Below, in pieces: positions 57,301-64,000 of a stretch of 64,000 nt of DNA. The stretch comes from Piromyces finnis finn (taxonomy: Eukaryota; Fungi; Neocallimastigomycota). The translations under genes were made by a program, and so were the position numbers. Position 1 is the first letter of the stretch. Every line of letters begins with the position of its first letter. Below the pieces are notes generated by a model. It ran no database searches. It saw only the letters and a list, made by a program, of their open reading frames with translations, and was not told where the DNA came from. The stretch spans positions 186,001-250,000 of the forward strand of contig MCFH01000064.1 of NCBI GenBank assembly GCA_002104945.1, given 5' to 3'.

Positions 57301-60079
57301 GAAATACCTTTTGATTTAATAAAATATTTTAAAAAGTTTCATTATTAAAAATAAAAGTTCGTATTAAAATTATAATACTACTATTTTTATCTATATGTGA
57401 CTTATAAACTATTATGGAATTATATAAATTAACATAATATAATAGTGTATCATGTAAATATACTAAATGAAAATATACAGCTTTGTTTAAATTGTTAACA
57501 AAAATATAATTTAAGTTTAATATTAAAATATCAAACCATAATAACTATCAATTTAACATGCACATAAAATTTTTATCCACAATTTATAAAAGCTTTACGA
57601 ATAAATAAATTAGTATTTTTTTTAATAAAAATTTTCATATAAAAGAAAAGATGTACAATCCTTATTTAATTTTATTTATTATAAAATGTATATAATGAAA
57701 AAATAATATTCCATTAATAATTTTTATTGAAAATGATTGGATTAAATATTAATATCAATTTTTTTTTATGTGTGACAAAATATTAAAAATATTTTTGATT
57801 TCATTGAATATATAAACTATATTATATTTTGTTTTATAATATTTAAAGTTTATTAATATATTAAAATTATTAATATATGATAGCTATGAAAATTTAAAAT
57901 ACATGAAAAATTTTCTTTCTTATATACAATTTGTGGCTTGATTCTAGACCACTAAATATTTAATACAAATACATTAAATTAATACAAATACATAAATTGA
58001 TGGGTTTGTAGAACAATGTAATAAATTAATAATATAAATTTAATTTAATTCTTTTGGTTGTTAATAGAATATATTAAAAAGTTTTACCAAATAAATTAAA
58101 TTTTTATCCAAAATTTATATATAAAAGTTTTATGGATAAATAAGTTAATAAAAAAAAATTTTTTTTTAAAATAAATTAGCTAAATGAATTAAATTAAATT
58201 TATATTAATAATTTACTTTGTATCAAGTTGCTCTAGAATTATAATTTAAGTTAGTTAATATTAAAGTTTTAATGAATAAGCTTATTATAAAAAGCATCTT
58301 TTTTTAATCAGTAATTATAAATCGCTGATAACTGATTAATTAGAGAGCCTTTTTTATTTTTTGTTAATTATAAATCGCTAATTACTGATTAATTAGAGGG
58401 AACAGGAATTTATTTCTAATATTATAATAGTATTACTTAAAATTAATTTTATTACTAACGTAAATTATAAAATATATTTTAAAACTTCATTTTTTTGATT
58501 TCTAATTATGCTAAATTTTATCATGAATGTAGGTGACTTTTTTTACAGTATGGCTTGAATATTATTTCAAATCATTGTTCTACAGACTATAATTCTATGT
58601 ATTTATATTATTTATATTAATTTAATGTATTTGTATTAAATCTTTAGTTATATAGAAACATGCCACAACATATATAATAAATAAAAATTTTATGTATTTT
58701 AATACATATTATCTATTAGAAATAATTTATTACATTTTCTATTTTTTTGTACCAAAATTGTTTGTATATGTTTTTTAGTTGTTTATAAAACTATAAATTA
58801 TGAAAAATACATTATGTATTAAATAAAATGTAATGCAAAAACTGCATTATAATCTATCCCATTAATTTATATTTAACTAACATTTATTGTATATATAAAT
58901 ATTCATCATTTTATATTTTTTATTTTTTAGATTCAGCTTTACGCAGGTAGTTATGATTTTATTATATTTTAATCCTCATATAACTTTTTTTTTTAAATTT
59001 AAGCAAAATTATGTAATTTTCATATATTTAAATATAATGAAACTGGTTTTTTTTCTAAAGATTTTTTTTGTATTCTTTGTGGTTATGAAAAATTTTGGGC
59101 TAATTAAATATATAGTTTTATATATAGGTAGGAATATAGATATTATATGATACTTTGAAATTTACTATTTCCTTTATATCTTATTATAATCGTAACTTCC
59201 AATATTGTGCAATAAAAAAAATAATACACTAATAATTTGCTAAAAAAATTTGGTTTGCTATTAAGTTATACTATTTAGTGAATCTTCACATCAACTTTAT
59301 TAAATTTATTTCTAAAAAAAAAAAAAATAAAAATCAAGTTTCAAATTAATTTATCAATAAAAGAATTATTTAATTATTTCTTATTAAGTAAGCAATGGAT
59401 TAAATACATAGAATAAAAATGTATATATATATCTTTTAATAATTATAAGTTATGTTTTATTTGCCTAGTTGCTATTAATTTAAATAAAGCAAACTTCTAA
59501 AAAGTGTGTATTAATAAAGTAAATTTTAAATTCTTGTATATTCATTAACGCCGCAAGTTCTGCCGTTCAATATTTAATTTTAATTTATTTATATAATTAA
59601 TAAAAACAAATTTTATTAATAGTTAAAGTTTATATTATAAATTAATAATAATGATTTTTTTTTTTTTTTACAAAAATTACCATTTAAAAATGTTGTGTAA
59701 TCATAATTTAATTTTAATTATTATATAATATAAAAATGATTTTCTATTATTAGTTTTTATTGAAAATTATAGGATTAAATCATAAATTTAATTATATTTT
59801 ATAATTATTTAATATAATAAAATTAATATATAATTTATATATGTTAATTTATTTAAAGCATTAAAACTATATATGTATAACAGTATTATTCAATTGATTT
59901 TATTATATTAAAAATTAAATTATTAATTTTATAAAAAAAATTATAAATATTAAGTTATATCCTTTTTTTTTTAAATAGGTTTTGCGATTTAAAGTTCATT
60001 ATTGTAAATAATTGTAATATAATAAAAAAACGATAAATCAATAAAAAATTATTTATTTATTTATTAAATCTACATAAAA

Positions 60080-60406
60080 ATGAGAATTGAAAGTGTATTT
60101 GGAATATTAGGTGCCATTAAATTAGCCTCTGCTGCATGTGGAGGTGCATGGAGTCAATGTGGTGGTAGTAATTTCCAAGGTGATAAGTGTTGTATGGATG
60201 GTTATAGTTGTAAAAAAGTCAATGATTGGTATTCATATTGTGAAAAATCTAATGATGCTCCAGTAGCTGCTGCTTCAAATAATTCAGAAAAGAAGGCAGC
60301 TTTTGGTGATAACGTTTGGGGTAATAATAATTCTTGGAATAACTGGGGAAATAATGGTAACAATAACAATAACGCTGCTAACACATGGGGTAATTGGGGT
60401 AATTGG

Positions 60407-60445
<39 letters not shown>

Positions 60446-61363
60446 AATAATAATAATAATCCATGGAGTAATTGGGGTAATTGGAATAACAACAACAACA
60501 ATAACAATGGTTGGAATAATTGGTTTAATGCTGGAAATACAGCTGGTAATAATCAACCAGCTCAACAAAACCCAGCCCCAGCCCCAGCCCCAGTTCAACA
60601 ACCAAATGAACAACCAGTCCAACAACCAGTCCAACAACCAGCTCAACCAACTACTAATGCCAATGCCAATGTTAAATGGCCAAAGGCTGAAAAGCATATT
60701 AAATTAGATGCTCCAATTGTTGTTAAGGCTGGTGAAACATACGATGGTCTTAAGGAAAATGGTGTTTGGACTAGTTATGGTAGAGGTGTAGATGCTGGTG
60801 ATTGTGTAGATATTGAAGGTAGTTATGCTGATGCCGTTTTCCATGTAGAAACTGGTGCTACCTTAAAGAATGTTATTCTTGGTAAAGATTCCATTGAACA
60901 TGTTCACTGTATTGGTGATGGTTGTACTATTGAAAATGTTTGGTGGGATGATGTTTGTGAAGATGCCTTATCTTTAAAGTACTCAACTAACCCAGATGCT
61001 AAATTCTACTTAATCGGTGGTGGTGCTAAAGATGGTTCAGATAAGATTGTCCAACACAATTCTGCTGGTACTGTTTATATTAAAAACTTCGATGTTAAGA
61101 ATGCTGGTAAATTATATAGATCTTGTGGTAATTGTAAGAGTGGTTACCAAAACACTAGACATGTTGTCATTGAAAATGTTAATGCCTCAAATGTTGGTGT
61201 TTTAGCTGGTATTAACAGTAACTATGGTGATACCGCTACTTTCAAGAATGTTAATGCCAATGGTGGTCCTGTTTGCTACTCTTTCACTGGTAATAATAAT
61301 GGTAGTGAACCAAAGAAGACAGGTGAACAATGTAAGGGACAAAGCAACTGTACTTGTAAATAA
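60080..61363 (+). CDS. Secreted pectate lyase family PL3 with N-terminal CBM1, intronless, 427 aa
   Basis: Signal peptide, then CBM1 CGGAWSQCGGSNFQGDKCCMDGYSCKKVNDWYSYC and an N/W/G- and P/Q-rich linker. PL3 motifs GATLKNVILG, VHCIGDGCTIENVWWDDVCEDA, DKIVQHN, GKLYRSCGNC. Confidence 0.93.
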
Positions 61364-61972
61364 ATTGAATAAATTTATCTAAAAAGGACGAAATAATAAA
61401 TCCAATTGGAAATAAATACGGCATAAAAAATATATTTATTATATACTATCCATTTTTATTTAATATAGTTGTAAAAACAAAAAATTATTAATATTTCTAT
61501 ATAGAATTATATACATGTAATGTAAATTTTTATTTTCTATTAATAAAATAAATTCTAAAAAATAAAATATTTTTAATTTTATTCTATATTTTATTTTAAT
61601 TCAAATTTGGTTAAAACTTTGATAAAATGATATTTTTTAAAGTGCAATAATTTCAAAAAAAAAAAAAAAAAAGTGTATATAAAAAGTGTATTTTTAAAAA
61701 AATGGATGATATTGGTAGGTAATCCAGAATATATATATATTTATATATATATTTTTTTCAAAAAAAAAGTTATCTTTACAATATATTTATATTAAACTAT
61801 TTACTTATTATTACAACGATATCATCAACATCTTTCTTTTTAATTATTAAGGTTTTTTTTTTTTTTATAAAAAAAATTTAAAGGCTATATATAACTATAG
61901 ATAGGTATATATATTACCACACAATACCAGAAAAAATAATTTATATTACACATATTACATAATATATACAGT

Positions 61973-62932
61973 TTATTCTTTTTCATCATTTTTATGCTGT
62001 GATTCAGGTGATATCTCGGTTTTATTAGATATTATGGGATTTGAAAGTGTAGAATCTTTTTCCTTAAAAGTTGGCATATAGGTTGGATATTGACCGTAGT
62101 TTTGTTGATAATTTTGAGAAGCGTAATCTTGTGGATAGTTTTGTTGATAATTTAGAGGGTAACCTTGATAGGTGTAATAACTTTGATCTGAGTATTGACC
62201 TTGTTGATAAGATGGAGGTATTGGCATTATACCATTATTATTAGTAGTATTGATATCATTTAAATTATTATAATTATTATTATTGCTATTATTTATATTA
62301 TTATAATTATTATTAGTAAATTCTGGAAATAGTTGTCCAAATGTATTCGATGGTTTAGCATCATCATTTAAACAATGTTGAACATATTGCCCATTTAAAT
62401 ATGGATTAGATCCATTTGAATTATTCGAAGTAGATTGATTATTATTTGAATTTGAAGGAAGGGTGATGGAAGTCATTTGGGGTGAACTATTTGGTGAAGG
62501 ATTAGAAGTATTTAAATTATCATTATAGGGAAAATAGCCCATTTGATAATTGTTAGGAGTATAAATTGTCTGCATTTGACCACCATTATTTTGTGAATAT
62601 GAATTTTGGAATTGATAGTCATTTTGCATATCAGTAGTTTGATTTTCATTATTGAAAGGGTAAGGAGTAACTGTATTATTTGCATTTTGTTTTGTTTTGG
62701 CACATTGAGAGCAACAATATAAAATACCAAACATGATGATAACAAAAACAATAATAGCAAAAATAGCACTAAAAGCTTTTCCTTTACCTCTTTTTTCCAA
62801 ATGAACAAAGTGGGATGGTGCTATTTCATGATTATAATTTAAATCTTTACTATTAATGACATTTTCATCATCAATTTCCTTAAAAAAATTATTTATAACA
62901 AGATTAATTAAAAAGTATTGAATATTATCCAT
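61973..62932 (-). CDS. Single-pass membrane protein with KR site, Cys pair after the TM, and an N/Q/Y-rich tail with a PPSY motif (RCR-like)
   Basis: HLEKR-GKGK-AFSAIFAIIVFVIIMFGILY-CC, and IPPSY in the tail. A possible acceptor at 62879-62880 suggests an unlocated upstream exon. Confidence 0.65.
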   Translation of the reverse strand: MDNIQYFLINLVINNFFKEIDDENVINSKDLNYNHEIAPSHFVHLEKRGKGKAFSAIFAIIVFVIIMFGILYCCSQCAKTKQNANNTVTPYPFNNENQTTDMQNDYQFQNSYSQNNGGQMQTIYTPNNYQMGYFPYNDNLNTSNPSPNSSPQMTSITLPSNSNNNQSTSNNSNGSNPYLNGQYVQHCLNDDAKPSNTFGQLFPEFTNNNYNNINNSNNNNYNNLNDINTTNNNGIMPIPPSYQQGQYSDQSYYTYQGYPLNYQQNYPQDYASQNYQQNYGQYPTYMPTFKEKDSTLSNPIISNKTEISPESQHKNDEKE

Positions 62933-63473
62933 TTTTTTTTTATTCTACTTTTTTTTTTTTTTTTGTTAAATATTAATAGTATATAATATATATAATATTC
63001 TTTTTTATATCTACTTCACGATATTTAAACTCTATTGAAATAAGATAAAATCTACAAAAAAAATATATATATATTTAAGATATTTTATTAATTTTTATAT
63101 TTTATTTTATTTAAAGAAATGAAGGATATCTAAGGATATCTAAATATGATAATAATGTATATTTAAATATAAATTACATGTTATATTAATGGAAACATTA
63201 TATTAAAGTTAAATAGTAATTTTAATTTTATTCCATATAATATTTTTAAAATTAAAAGAAAAATAAGTTTTAGATTTTATATATATAAATACTTTTTTTT
63301 TTTTAGAAAAAAAAAAAAAAAAGACAAAAAAAAAAATAATAATAATTAGTTACACATATTTATTATATTAGGATAAATATAATATATATATAATAAAAAA
63401 GTATACAGTCAAAATATTATCTTTAGATACTTTTTTATTATTTAAAATTTTATTTTTTTTATAAGAGTTAAAT

Positions 63474-63998
63474 TTATTTATTTTCATTTTCGTTTGAACT
63501 ATTTTTTGTGTTATTATTTTCTTGATTTGTTTTATCTTTATTATTAGTTTTTGATGTTTGATTGGCTTCTGGAGATGTGGATGGAGGTGAGGATGAGGAT
63601 GTTTGTTGTAAATTTGATTTAAAGGAGGAGGAAGAACTATCACATTGATGATTAACCATGTGTTGTGGTGGTGGTGGTGGTTTTGAAAAAAATGGACTAG
63701 GATAATTTTGAGAAGGGAAAAATCCTGGTGGAGGATACATAGCAGGTGAAGGTGGATCATTTCTATTTGATGTATTAAAACTATTAGGTCTTTTTGAGTG
63801 ATACTGTAGAGGTGGAAAAATACAGTCATTTGATGGTATTACAATTTGGGTCATTTGTACAGGTACAGAATAAGTTTGAATTGAAGTATTCATTGTTTTA
63901 ATTATGGATGGGTCATCATAAATATTTACATCATTTAATTGGTTATAGGCTTGCTGAGAATAAGCTATTGAATTTTTTAAAGTGTCCTCGGATGAATT
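63474..63998 (-). CDS. 3' part of a Pro/Asn/Ser-rich protein truncated by the window edge
   Basis: The frame of ORF 63474-63893 stays open to the window end (NSSEDTLKNSIAYSQQAYNQ...). Contains PPAMYPPPGFFP and a poly-Pro run. Confidence 0.65.
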   Translation of the reverse strand, partial: NSSEDTLKNSIAYSQQAYNQLNDVNIYDDPSIIKTMNTSIQTYSVPVQMTQIVIPSNDCIFPPLQYHSKRPNSFNTSNRNDPPSPAMYPPPGFFPSQNYPSPFFSKPPPPPQHMVNHQCDSSSSSFKSNLQQTSSSSPPSTSPEANQTSKTNNKDKTNQENNNTKNSSNENENK

Positions 63999-64000
63999 AT

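Noticed and set aside
58312-58398. 34-bp imperfect direct repeat pair
   Set aside because: Local duplication with no element hallmarks.
57051-59289. GTGAATCTTCAC near-palindrome at 57051-57062 and 59278-59289
   Set aside because: Two copies 2.2 kb apart with no shared flanks; cannot be told from chance or assigned to a factor.

Overview
Extremely AT-rich eukaryotic DNA with short GT-AG introns. The composition and gene content suggest an anaerobic gut fungus (Neocallimastigomycota); this is inference. Left arm: decayed LRR relics, a Gap1/Sar1-type RasGAP, a type II membrane protein, a POLQ-type helicase with no polymerase domain, and a complete tRNA-headed SINE-like insertion (12-bp TSD, 40-nt polyA). 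Centre (20547-45504): a very young 25-kb retrotransposon nest that can be fully unpacked by TSDs. A Ty1/copia element holds Ty3 chromovirus C and a solo LTR; C itself holds a 632-bp TG..CA element and two more chromoviruses (A and B). The copia PBS matches the anticodon arm of tRNA-Lys(CUU). The three chromoviruses have Tf1-like self-priming PBSs with compensatory changes, and two carry a tRNA-like A/B-box cassette inside their LTRs. Right arm: an operon-like run of an orphan leader ORF, anthranilate synthase component I and the trifunctional TrpG-TrpC-TrpF gene, separated by only 24 and 36 bp. After that come Sas10/Utp3, a CBM1-PL3 pectate lyase and two low-complexity membrane-protein-like genes. 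Coordinates were counted by hand and may be off by a few bases.
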